DNA of 24,000 bases from Candidatus Scatomonas sp. (GCA_963930955.1 OZ006967.1:590398-614397); one strand, 5' to 3'. Shown: positions 15,672 through 23,520, counted from the first letter of the stretch. Translations and numbers: made by a program. Notes: generated by a model not told the origin, from the letters alone.

Positions 15672-16193
15672 TTACAGGGTAAAGGCCAGTTCGCCGCCGC
15701 AGACGGTGCGGAAAGCCTCTGTAATCTCCTCCGCCGTGACAGTTTCCTTCAGTTCCGAGGACACCATGATCAGCATTGCCACATCTCCATAGCCGGAAAC
15801 TTCCAGATCATCTGCCTGCACACAAATCCATTTTGCAGGATCAATCCCCTCCTGCATTTCTTTGGCCAGGGTTTCTGTGTCTGACGCTTCCTCTGCCCGC
15901 ACCAGAACCAGAGAGTATGCCTGGGCGCTGATCATAGCTTCTGAAACAGCTGCCGCTTCTACTCCTTCTCCGCTGTCCAGACCCGTGCTGTATTTCAAAG
16001 CATCCGTATCGCTGATATCAATTTCCGAGGTAGCTACTCCCAGCCCCGGATCCTTCTGCTGATAAATAAGATCCACGATCTCCGGCAGCTCCATACCTTC
16101 CAGAGCTGTCTGCGCCTCCTGTTTTCCTCCGCAGCCTGCGGATACCGCGGCTGCCAGAAGACAGATCGCCGCTGCACATACTGTTTTTCTCAT
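15672..16193 (-). CDS. DUF4358-like lipoprotein
   Basis: Lies in track ORF 15672..16322. I chose ATG 16191-16193 because AAGGAG sits 9 nt upstream. MRKTVCAAAICLLAAAVSAGCGG is a lipoprotein signal with its lipobox Cys. The upstream part of the track ORF is merely the translated hairpin repeat. The DUF4358 call rests on recollection of its usual pairing with MBOAT and DHHW genes. Confidence 0.7.
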   Translation of the reverse strand: MRKTVCAAAICLLAAAVSAGCGGKQEAQTALEGMELPEIVDLIYQQKDPGLGVATSEIDISDTDALKYSTGLDSGEGVEAAAVSEAMISAQAYSLVLVRAEEASDTETLAKEMQEGIDPAKWICVQADDLEVSGYGDVAMLIMVSSELKETVTAEEITEAFRTVCGGELAFTL

Positions 16194-16232
16194 TTTCCTG
16201 ATCTCCTTTAAATCTTTTATTTCACATGCTAT

Positions 16233-16272
16233 CGTCAGTGTACAGGGGGACAATGCCCCTTGTACACTGACG
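16233..16272. repeat. short member of the GTGTACAAGGGG hairpin repeat family
   Basis: cgtcagtgtacaggggg / acaat / gccccttgtacactgacg. It lies in the intergenic gap between the DUF3881 terminator and the DUF4358 RBS. Confidence 0.75.
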
Positions 16273-16279
16273 CTATTCA

Positions 16280-16320
16280 AAATAGATATCAAACTGCCGC
16301 AGGGTTTGATCTGCGGCAGC
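16280..16320 (-). terminator. rho-independent terminator after the DUF3881 gene
   Basis: The minus strand reads gctgccgcag / atcaaacc / ctgcggcag followed by tttgatatctatttt. It begins 15 nt past the stop at 16335. Confidence 0.6.
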
Positions 16321-16334
16321 AATAGATTTCTGAG

Positions 16335-17210
16335 TTAAAAATTAATCAGCCCCTGGAGCCATACAACTCCTTTAAATCTTCTTCCCACTTCCGGGATTCC
16401 CAGAAGATCCTTTTCATTAATACATACATCCAGAGGAATATCGTTGGTAAGAAGCCCCAGCTGATACAGCCGTTCCCCTGTTCTGGAATTAACGGTTGTA
16501 TTGCACTGGGTGATTTCTCCCATGAGACTGTATTGATCACATTCAATTCCGTAAGGCATAAGATACGTATCCACAATGGAGTAAACGTCCTCATGCTGGA
16601 TTCTCCGGGAAATCATGGTGTAAATATCTATATCTTCCATGGTCAGGCTTTCCATAGCTTCTTCATCCCCGTTCCTGGCTGCTGCCAGCAGAGAATTTCT
16701 CTGCTGGGACTGTTTTTTGTCCGCCTCGATCTGCCGGACATTCTTGCCCAGAGGCAGAAGAATGGTTCCGGAGGCCGCCAGGCCGGAAAGAGAAAGAGAA
16801 GTATTTACTTCCCGCAGCATCCCCTTCTGCTGTACATTCAGATAATCCCCTGCGTTCAGCAAATAGAAAATCAGCGAAATCCCCACCCGCATGTCGTCAC
16901 AGGCTCCGGCAAAGGATTCCTTTCCTGCATGGCGCTCCACCACAATTTCCTCATAGGATGTGATCTGTGATCCGGAATAATAGGGAAAATAATATTCCAT
17001 ATGGAATACGTTTTTCTCATCGTATTCTCCGCAGACCGTTATGCCGCAGTCATAACCAAATTCCTTGGATATCTCCCCGAACATGCGGCCCTCTTCATCT
17101 TCTACGATCTTTTTTCTATCATATTCATGGATTACCAGAGAAAGCAGTTTTTCCAGATCGCTTTTACACTTTAAATCACTAAAACCAACAGATTTTAAAT
17201 ACTTATGCAT
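16335..17210 (-). CDS. DUF3881-family protein of unknown function
   Basis: 291-aa track ORF with AGGGAGG upstream. The MHKYLKSVGFSDL N-terminus matches my recollection of clostridial DUF3881 proteins. Confidence 0.6.
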   Translation of the reverse strand: MHKYLKSVGFSDLKCKSDLEKLLSLVIHEYDRKKIVEDEEGRMFGEISKEFGYDCGITVCGEYDEKNVFHMEYYFPYYSGSQITSYEEIVVERHAGKESFAGACDDMRVGISLIFYLLNAGDYLNVQQKGMLREVNTSLSLSGLAASGTILLPLGKNVRQIEADKKQSQQRNSLLAAARNGDEEAMESLTMEDIDIYTMISRRIQHEDVYSIVDTYLMPYGIECDQYSLMGEITQCNTTVNSRTGERLYQLGLLTNDIPLDVCINEKDLLGIPEVGRRFKGVVWLQGLINF

Positions 17211-17259
17211 ATACGGCGCCTCCCTTCTGACTTTTCAGTCCTCAACGCCCTTTCCCTCC

Positions 17260-18549
17260 TTATTTTCCGGCCGGAATCAGCTTTTCCTTTCCGCCCATGT
17301 AAGGACGGAGCACAGCCGGAATATTTACAGAACCGTCCGCATTCAGATTATTCTCCAGAAAAGCAATCAGCATACGGGGCGGCGCTACTACTGTATTATT
17401 TAAAGTATGCGCCAGATACTTTCCGTTTTCCCCCTGGATACGGATCTTCAGCCGCCTTGCCTGGGCATCTCCCAGATTAGAGCAGCTTCCCACTTCAAAA
17501 TATTTTTTCTGGCGGGGAGACCAGGCTTCTACATCGCAGGATTTCACCTTCAGATCTGCCAGATCCCCGGAGCAGCATTCCAGCGTCCGCACGGGAATAT
17601 CCATAGAGCGGAAAAGGTCTACTGTATTCTGCCAGAGCCGGTCGTACCAGATTTTGCTTTCCTCCGGTTTGCAGACTACGATCATTTCCTGCTTTTCAAA
17701 CTGATGGATCCTATATACGCCTCTTTCCTCCAGGCCGTGGGCTCCCTTCTCTTTGCGGAAGCAGGGAGAATAACTGGTATAAGTCAGAGGCAGCTGCTCT
17801 TCCGGAACGATCTGGTCAATAAACTTTCCGATCATGGAATGTTCGCTGGTTCCGATCAGATACAGATCCTCTCCCTCAATCTTATACATCATGGCTTCCA
17901 TCTCCGCAAAGCTCATAACTCCGGTTACCACGTCGCTGCGGATCATAAAAGGAGGAACACAGTAGGTAAATTCTCTTTCGATCATAAAATCTCTGGCATA
18001 GGAAATGACTGCGGAATGAAGTCTGGCTATATCTCCCATGAGATAGTAGAAGCCGTTTCCGGCTACTCTCCGAGCACTGTCCAGATCAATGCCGTTAAAG
18101 GATTCCATAATTTCTGTATGGTAGGGGATTTCAAAATCCGGAACCACAGGCTCGCCAAATTTCTCAATTTCCACATTTTCGCTGTCGTCTTTACCGATCG
18201 GTACAGAAGGATCGATGATCTGGGGGATCACCATCATTCTTTTTTTAATTTCTTCCTCTACTTCTTTTTCTCTGGCTGAAAGTTCATCAATACGGGCGCC
18301 GGAGGCTGCGACCTTTTTCTTTACCTCTTCAGCTTCTTCCTTCTTTCCCTGACCCATAAGTTTTCCGATTTCTTTGGAAATTTTATTTCTTTCCGCTCTG
18401 AGAGCCTCTACCTCCTGCTTGATCTCTCTGTTTTCCTTGTCCAGATCGATCACCTGGTCCACCAGCGGCAGCTTGCTCTCCTGGAACTTATTGCGGATAT
18501 TCTGTTTTACCGCTTCCGGATTTTCTCTTACAAACTTTATGTCTAACAT
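17260..18549 (-). CDS. serS: serine--tRNA ligase
   Basis: 429-aa track ORF. MLDIKFVRENPEAVKQNIRNKF is followed by a coiled-coil arm and the class II core (FRKEKGAHGLEERGVYRIHQFEKQE, GSCSNLGDAQARRL). Confidence 0.95.
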   Translation of the reverse strand: MLDIKFVRENPEAVKQNIRNKFQESKLPLVDQVIDLDKENREIKQEVEALRAERNKISKEIGKLMGQGKKEEAEEVKKKVAASGARIDELSAREKEVEEEIKKRMMVIPQIIDPSVPIGKDDSENVEIEKFGEPVVPDFEIPYHTEIMESFNGIDLDSARRVAGNGFYYLMGDIARLHSAVISYARDFMIEREFTYCVPPFMIRSDVVTGVMSFAEMEAMMYKIEGEDLYLIGTSEHSMIGKFIDQIVPEEQLPLTYTSYSPCFRKEKGAHGLEERGVYRIHQFEKQEMIVVCKPEESKIWYDRLWQNTVDLFRSMDIPVRTLECCSGDLADLKVKSCDVEAWSPRQKKYFEVGSCSNLGDAQARRLKIRIQGENGKYLAHTLNNTVVAPPRMLIAFLENNLNADGSVNIPAVLRPYMGGKEKLIPAGK

Positions 18550-18561
18550 TCCATTTTCCTC

Positions 18562-19074
18562 CTAGATTAACTCTTCTTCTGTACTGACTGCCTGTTTTAA
18601 GGCTCTTATTTCCTCATCGCTGAGCATAATATAAGATTCTCCTTTTACGATTTCCTTTATATAAAGGAAGCAATTATCTCTGCTGTGGATCGCGTTAAGG
18701 ATAAAACCTGTGTTTTCACTGTTCAGCATAGCCAGGGCAAAGCTGAGCTTGCCCCCCACATCATCAAAAGCATCATATTTCACGATGCCGTACCGCGTCA
18801 AGGTTTTCTTATACTTTTTTTTCAGATCCTTCAGTTCCATCTGATTATTTTCCCCTATCCGGGAAATTTTTTCCAGTTCCCTGAATTTCTGGATAAAAAG
18901 CTTTTCCATGGAGTGTCCGTCTTTTCCCTTCATGAACAACCGGTATTTATACGTCAGTCTGCTGAGTCTGACGGACATGCTCACCGTAATAACCGCTGAT
19001 ATCACAACCAGAATGATCAAAAGCAGCACAATGAGCCCTAAGTCTATACCAGCACTTTCAAATAATTTGCTCAT
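18562..19074 (-). CDS. DUF4446-family membrane-anchored protein
   Basis: 170-aa track ORF. It has an N-terminal TM helix and then YGIVKYDAFDDVGGKLSFALAMLNSENTGFILNAIHSRDNCFLYIKEI. It sits directly downstream of parB, as is usual for this family. Confidence 0.75.
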   Translation of the reverse strand: MSKLFESAGIDLGLIVLLLIILVVISAVITVSMSVRLSRLTYKYRLFMKGKDGHSMEKLFIQKFRELEKISRIGENNQMELKDLKKKYKKTLTRYGIVKYDAFDDVGGKLSFALAMLNSENTGFILNAIHSRDNCFLYIKEIVKGESYIMLSDEEIRALKQAVSTEEELI

Positions 19075-19088
19075 TTGTATTCTCCCCT

Positions 19089-20015
19089 TTATTTAATTGT
19101 TTCAAACAGTTCCAGGATTCTTTCCAGTTCCTCCTGGGAATAATATTCGATTTCGATTTTTCCTTTTTTCCCTCTGCCTCTTGAAATAGATACTTTTGTT
19201 CCGATGATTCCCTTTAATCTTTCTTCCAGCTTCTCATAGGCTGCGTCCATCTGGGGATCTTTTTCCCTTTTCGGAACGATTCTTGGATTTAAAAGCTGTT
19301 TTACAAGCTTTTCCGTTTCTCTGACGCTGAGTTTCTCGTCAAATATTTTCTGAGCAGTCTGGTATTGGAGTTCCGGATCTTCCAGGCTCAGCAAAGTTCT
19401 TGCATGGCCGCTGGAAAGCATTTCGTCTACCAGCATTTTCTGTACCCGGGGATCTAATTTTAAAAGGCGCATAGAATTTGTCACTGCAGCCCGGCTTTTT
19501 GAAACTCTTTCCGCCACTTCATCCTGTTTCAGATGAAATTCTTCGATCAATCTCTTATAGGCGTAAGCTTCTTCAATAGAATTCAGGTTTTCTCTCTGTA
19601 TATTTTCGATCAGAGAGATTTCCATGGCTTCCAGATCTGTAAAATCTTTCAATATTACAGGCACTTTTTTTAGCCCCGCCAGCTTGGCTGCCCGCCATCT
19701 TCTTTCCCCTGCTATGATTTCATAATACTTTCCTTTTTTCTGAACTAGAAGGGGCTGCAGAATTCCAAACTGCTTAATAGATTCTGCCAGCTCCATTAAA
19801 GTATCTTCATCAAATTCCTTTCTTGGCTGCTCGCTGTTGGGAACGATTTCAGAAAGCTTTAATTCCAGCTCTCCAGGCTTTTCTACTATTTTTTCCACGA
19901 CTTTTTCTACAACCTTTATTTCCGGAGCTTCTTTTTCCGCCGGAGGTGTAGTTTTCTGCGGGATCAACGTTTCCAGACCTTTTCCTTTGTTTAATCCACC
20001 CTTTCTGGCGCTCAT
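19089..20015 (-). CDS. parB: chromosome partitioning protein ParB/Spo0J
   Basis: 308-aa track ORF. It has QPRKEFDEDTLMELAESIKQFGILQPLLV, the arginine patch IIAGERRWRAAKLAG, and an HTH region. Confidence 0.95.
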   Translation of the reverse strand: MSARKGGLNKGKGLETLIPQKTTPPAEKEAPEIKVVEKVVEKIVEKPGELELKLSEIVPNSEQPRKEFDEDTLMELAESIKQFGILQPLLVQKKGKYYEIIAGERRWRAAKLAGLKKVPVILKDFTDLEAMEISLIENIQRENLNSIEEAYAYKRLIEEFHLKQDEVAERVSKSRAAVTNSMRLLKLDPRVQKMLVDEMLSSGHARTLLSLEDPELQYQTAQKIFDEKLSVRETEKLVKQLLNPRIVPKREKDPQMDAAYEKLEERLKGIIGTKVSISRGRGKKGKIEIEYYSQEELERILELFETIK

Positions 20016-20785
20016 TCTTTTTCTTCCTCTCTGTTAATCACTTCTTCCGCCAGCAGACGGTAACTTTCCGCTCCTGCTGATTTACTGTCATACAAATTAA
20101 TGGGAAGTCCGTAGCTGGGAGCTTCCGCCAATCTCACATTTCTTGGAATAATTGTCTTATAAATTGTCTGATTCAGGTTATCCTTTACATTTTCCACCAC
20201 CTGCAGGGAAAGATTGGTTCTGGCGTCATACATAGTAAAGACAACACCTTCTATTTTCAGTTTAGAATTCAGTCTTTCCTGAACCAGTTCAATGGTATGA
20301 AGCAGCTGGGCCAGACCTTCCAGAGCATAATACTCACATTGAATAGGAACCAAAACTGTATCTGCTGTTGTAAGGGCGTTGATCGTCAGCATATTTAAAG
20401 AGGGAGGGCAGTCAATAATAATGAAATCATACTGATCTCTGACTGTATCAATATTTTCTTTTAATATGTATTCCTTATTATCGATCCCTATCAATTCTAT
20501 TTCCGCCCCTGCAAGATTTACATTAGAAGGCAGTAAATCCTGTTCTTGAAAATCCAGATGGATCAGACATTCTTCCAGAGAGCAACTGCCAATCAGCAGT
20601 TCATACACTGTGTTTTCCAGATCATTTTTTTCAACACCAAGCCCGCTGGTGGTGTTTCCCTGGGGATCTATATCAATGGTAAGCACTTTTTTTCCCATTT
20701 CAGCCAAACATGAAGAAAGGTTAATGGCTGTCGTAGATTTTCCCACTCCGCCTTTCTGATTTGCAATCGCTATTGTTCTTCCCAA
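20012..20785 (-). CDS. parA: chromosome partitioning ATPase ParA/Soj
   Basis: Lies in track ORF 20012..20809. I prefer TTG 20783-20785, with AAAGGAG 8 nt upstream, which gives MGRTIAIANQKGGVGKSTT. The ATG at 20809 lies only ~8 nt from the predicted transcript start. It has the deviant Walker A KGGVGKST. It overlaps parB by 4 nt. Confidence 0.9.
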   Translation of the reverse strand: MGRTIAIANQKGGVGKSTTAINLSSCLAEMGKKVLTIDIDPQGNTTSGLGVEKNDLENTVYELLIGSCSLEECLIHLDFQEQDLLPSNVNLAGAEIELIGIDNKEYILKENIDTVRDQYDFIIIDCPPSLNMLTINALTTADTVLVPIQCEYYALEGLAQLLHTIELVQERLNSKLKIEGVVFTMYDARTNLSLQVVENVKDNLNQTIYKTIIPRNVRLAEAPSYGLPINLYDSKSAGAESYRLLAEEVINREEEKE

Positions 20786-20823
20786 AATAATTTCTCCTTT
20801 CCCAGGCATGATGCTACCATTAG

Positions 20824-20832
20824 ATTATAGCA
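20824..20832 (-). promoter_or_regulatory. extended -10 promoter element (TGCTATAAT) for parAB
   Basis: The minus strand reads tgctataat. There is no good -35, which is acceptable for TGn extended -10 promoters. parS-1 lies immediately upstream. Confidence 0.4.
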
Positions 20833-20858
20833 TTCTTCTTATCAAATAGCTACCGAAA

Positions 20859-20874
20859 TGTTTCACGTGAAACA
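20859..20874. promoter_or_regulatory. parS site 1 (ParB binding site)
   Basis: TGTTTCACGTGAAACA is a perfect 16-bp palindrome matching the Firmicute parS consensus tGTTNCACGTGAAACa. The palindrome extends to 20 bp (20857-20876). Confidence 0.85.
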
Positions 20875-20901
20875 TTTTCTACATAATACATAAAAACAAG
20901 A

Positions 20902-20917
20902 TGTTTCACGTGAAACA
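20902..20917. promoter_or_regulatory. parS site 2 (ParB binding site)
   Basis: A second perfect TGTTTCACGTGAAACA. It sits inside a 26-bp perfect palindrome, caagatgtttcacgtgaaacatcttg (20897-20922). Confidence 0.85.
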
Positions 20918-20937
20918 TCTTGTGAATCCGCCATGGA

Positions 20938-20993
20938 TAGCGTTAGTGTACAAGGGGGGGACAATACGGTTGCTCCTTGTACACTGACGCTAA
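20938..20993. repeat. short member of the GTGTACAAGGGG hairpin repeat family
   Basis: tagcgttagtgtacaaggggggg / acaatacggtt / gctccttgtacactgacgcta. Its loop-proximal acaatacggt is identical to the first 10 internal nt of the 283-bp member. Confidence 0.75.
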
Positions 20994-21028
20994 GTATACT
21001 TCAGGAATCCAGCCACAAGAAAAAATCG

Positions 21029-21057
21029 TTGTAAGATATTCTTATATGGATTATAAT
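21029..21057 (+). promoter_or_regulatory. sigma-70-type promoter candidate for the hydrolase gene
   Basis: TTGTAA (21029-21034), a 17-nt spacer, then TATAAT (21052-21057). It lies 33 nt upstream of ATG 21091, which has an AAGGAGG RBS. Confidence 0.5.
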
Positions 21058-21090
21058 AAAAACATCAATGGAATCTAAGGAGGATTTTCC

Positions 21091-22044
21091 ATGAATAAAA
21101 AGAAGAAAAAACTTGCCGGTCTGTTTGCTTTGCTTCTTTTTGCGGCAGCAGTTATCTATGCAATCAATAAATTAATTATGAAAACGGCAACCGCAAAACA
21201 GCTTTTAAAGAAGCAGGATTCAGCTGTATATTCCTGGCGTTTTGGAAATATTCATTATACGAAAACCGGAACTGGTTCTCCCGTACTTCTTCTTCATGAA
21301 TTAAGTCCCTGCAGCAGTTCCTACGAATGGCACCGTTTGATCAAAACGCTTTCCTCCAGGCATACGGTTTATTGTCCGGATCTGCCCGGCTGCGGATTAT
21401 CAGACAAACAAAAGCTTACCTACACCAATTTCTACTATGTTCAGTTTATTGTAGACTTTACAAAGACTATAATCGGAAGCACTGCCGATATAATAGCCAC
21501 CGGTTTATCTGCTTCTTTTGCAGTAACCGCCTGCAATTATGAGCCTGAGCTTTTCAGAAAACTGATTCTGGTCAATCCCGCTGATATTCACAGACTGACC
21601 TGCATTCCTACCAAAAGAAGCAAGATGCAAAAAGCCATTCTGGAATGTCCTCTGACGGGAACTTTCATTTACAATACGATAGTTGGAAAAGAAAAAATTC
21701 GGAAAGAATTCTGTGAACGCCTGTTTTTTGATTCATCTGCTGTCAGGGAAGAGTATATTGATACCTACTATGAAAGTTCCCACTGGGGCGGTTTTTCCGG
21801 AAAATATCTGTATTCCAGCATAATCGGGAATTATGTATATCTGGACATCCGCCATGCGCTGCAATCCATTAATCAGGATATAGTAATTCTTGGAGGTTCC
21901 GGGCAGGAAGGTATAGAAAATACAATTTCGCTTTACCAGGAAGTCAATCCTGCTGTGGAGTCTGTGATCATTCCGGAAACCCGGCATCTTCCCCATTTGG
22001 AAGCACCGGAAAAAGTTCTGGAACAATTAAATATTTTTCTGTAA
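21091..22044 (+). CDS. membrane-anchored alpha/beta-fold hydrolase
   Basis: 317-aa track ORF. It has an N-terminal TM helix, the oxyanion-region LLLHEL, a nucleophile-elbow-like ATGLSAS, and the C-terminal ETRHLPHLEAPEKV typical of the abhydrolase fold. Confidence 0.75.
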   Translation: MNKKKKKLAGLFALLLFAAAVIYAINKLIMKTATAKQLLKKQDSAVYSWRFGNIHYTKTGTGSPVLLLHELSPCSSSYEWHRLIKTLSSRHTVYCPDLPGCGLSDKQKLTYTNFYYVQFIVDFTKTIIGSTADIIATGLSASFAVTACNYEPELFRKLILVNPADIHRLTCIPTKRSKMQKAILECPLTGTFIYNTIVGKEKIRKEFCERLFFDSSAVREEYIDTYYESSHWGGFSGKYLYSSIIGNYVYLDIRHALQSINQDIVILGGSGQEGIENTISLYQEVNPAVESVIIPETRHLPHLEAPEKVLEQLNIFL

Positions 22045-22048
22045 TTTT

Positions 22049-22078
22049 AAAGAGGGCATCTTAAAAGATACCCTCTTT
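22049..22078. terminator. hairpin between the convergent hydrolase and DUF4340 genes
   Basis: aaagagggcatc / ttaaaa / gataccctcttt, with one mismatch in the stem. Confidence 0.55.
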
Positions 22079-22086
22079 CCCTTTGC

Positions 22087-23520
22087 TTAAGACCAGATTG
22101 CCTGATATTCTTCTATCATTTCTTTTACATCATTTTTGTTCACCAGTCCCGGACGGCCTTCGCTGTCTACTGCCAGATGAAAGTTTTCATCGTAGGAGGT
22201 ATACGTTACTGTAAAGGTTTCTTCTTCTGTGGTAACAGTAACAGAAAACTCCGGCTCATGACTGGCTGACAGCTGTGGATCTTTACTCTGGGCGCTTATG
22301 GATGCCATGCCGTACAGAAATGTTTCTGTTTTGCTTTCATCCAGTACGGTGCTTCCGGAAATATAGGTAACCTCCTCCTCTGTTTCTCCTTCTTCATTTT
22401 CTATTTCTTCCGCCTGGCGCTCTATGGTTTTCACATTTTCCTGATAGGTTACCTGTACATTTTTCAGCGTGTCCACAGAAAAATATCCCAGACTGCTGTC
22501 CCAATAGCTGATAGAATTGCTGTTAAGAATTTCAGAAATTGTATCAGAAGATACCGTGTTTACCTGGCTGGATCCCTCCAGACGGACATAGTAATCCCCT
22601 TCTTCATCCTGGTTTCCTATAAAGAGAGTCAGCTCCCTCTCCTCCATTTCCGGTTCTTCCTCTTCTTCCTGGGATGAACTTTCCGCAGATTCGTCTGTTT
22701 CCTCTTCTTCTTTTTCTACTTCATATTTCATAAAGATTTTTGCGGAAGGATTTTCCAGTCCGTAGACAGAGAGATCTTCCGCTGCGTAATCTGCCAGGCC
22801 GGAATAGGTAAGGTCTGCCAGATCAAGTGCCAGGCCGCTGGCTTCCTGATATTCCGCGCTGTAAGATCTTCCGTCTTCCCCTGTAACCTCCCAATCTGTG
22901 GTTTCTTCGTTTTTCAGAAGATAATAAGAACCCTCTGACTTATCTACACGGATCTCCTGTACATAGGTACTGGTAATTTCCGGATAGGATGTATATTCCG
23001 CCATTTCCATAATATCCGGAGGAAGATTTCCGGCCACATCCGTAGAAGTCACATAAACCGTGGAAAGATCATCTGCAAAGCATAGATAATAGGAACCTGT
23101 TCCCTGGTTCTGGCTTCCCAGGAGCATCTCTTTTTCCGTGCCGGAGGAATCTTTAAATTTCACTGTATTAACCGGCTCCTCCAGACCGTATTGAGAAAGC
23201 TCCTCCACATCTGTCAGAACCCTGTCCGCTTCCGCAGTGGTCAGATCTTCTACCAGGTCGTTGATTTTATCCTGGTTTACCGGGAAATTTTCATCCCCAG
23301 TATTCACCCAGGTTTCTTCCTCCTTTACAAAATCTGCCTGTTCCCCATCAACCTGGAAAGAAAGCTCTGTCACAGAATCGCTTTCCATCTCCAGCATGGG
23401 GGCAGATGCTGTTTCCGCTTCCTCCTGCTGATTTTTATTTTTCAGAACCAGATAAAGAAACAGCAAAAGAGCCAGCAGACAAAGAAGGACCACAGGCATG
23501 ATCCACTTTCTTTTTTTCAT
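22087..23520 (-). CDS. DUF4340 domain protein with an N-terminal anchor and acidic linker
   Basis: 477-aa track ORF with a signal anchor (MKKRKWIMPVVLLCLLALLLFLYLVL). It shows the repeated beta-rich modules I recall from DUF4340 proteins. It also follows a GldG-like gene, as is usual for that family. Confidence 0.7.
   Translation of the reverse strand: MKKRKWIMPVVLLCLLALLLFLYLVLKNKNQQEEAETASAPMLEMESDSVTELSFQVDGEQADFVKEEETWVNTGDENFPVNQDKINDLVEDLTTAEADRVLTDVEELSQYGLEEPVNTVKFKDSSGTEKEMLLGSQNQGTGSYYLCFADDLSTVYVTSTDVAGNLPPDIMEMAEYTSYPEITSTYVQEIRVDKSEGSYYLLKNEETTDWEVTGEDGRSYSAEYQEASGLALDLADLTYSGLADYAAEDLSVYGLENPSAKIFMKYEVEKEEEETDESAESSSQEEEEEPEMEERELTLFIGNQDEEGDYYVRLEGSSQVNTVSSDTISEILNSNSISYWDSSLGYFSVDTLKNVQVTYQENVKTIERQAEEIENEEGETEEEVTYISGSTVLDESKTETFLYGMASISAQSKDPQLSASHEPEFSVTVTTEEETFTVTYTSYDENFHLAVDSEGRPGLVNKNDVKEMIEEYQAIWS

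Noticed and set aside
18550-18561. An expected T-box leader upstream of serS.
   Set aside because: Only 12 nt separate serS from the DUF4446 stop, which leaves no room for a T-box. serS appears to be co-transcribed with the upstream genes.
3468-20993. Whether the GTGTACAAGGGG repeats could be a CRISPR array or integron attC sites.
   Set aside because: There are only three copies, 12.5 and 4.7 kb apart. Each is an inverted pair rather than direct repeats with spacers. The ends (GATAAC/GTTATC in one copy only) do not fit the RYYYAAC/GTTRRRY attC cores. There is no cas or intI gene.
20810-21090. Possible oriC / DnaA-box cluster next to parAB.
   Set aside because: I found no TTATCCACA-type boxes here. 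The only near match (ttatccata, ~2605-2613) is isolated inside the AAA ATPase gene. No dnaA or dnaN lies in the window.
22640-22740. A poly-acidic tract in the DUF4340 protein (EKEEEETDESAESSSQEEEEEPEMEERE).
   Set aside because: It is a low-complexity linker of a kind common in extracytoplasmic Firmicute proteins. There is no nucleotide-level tandem repeat structure worth pursuing.
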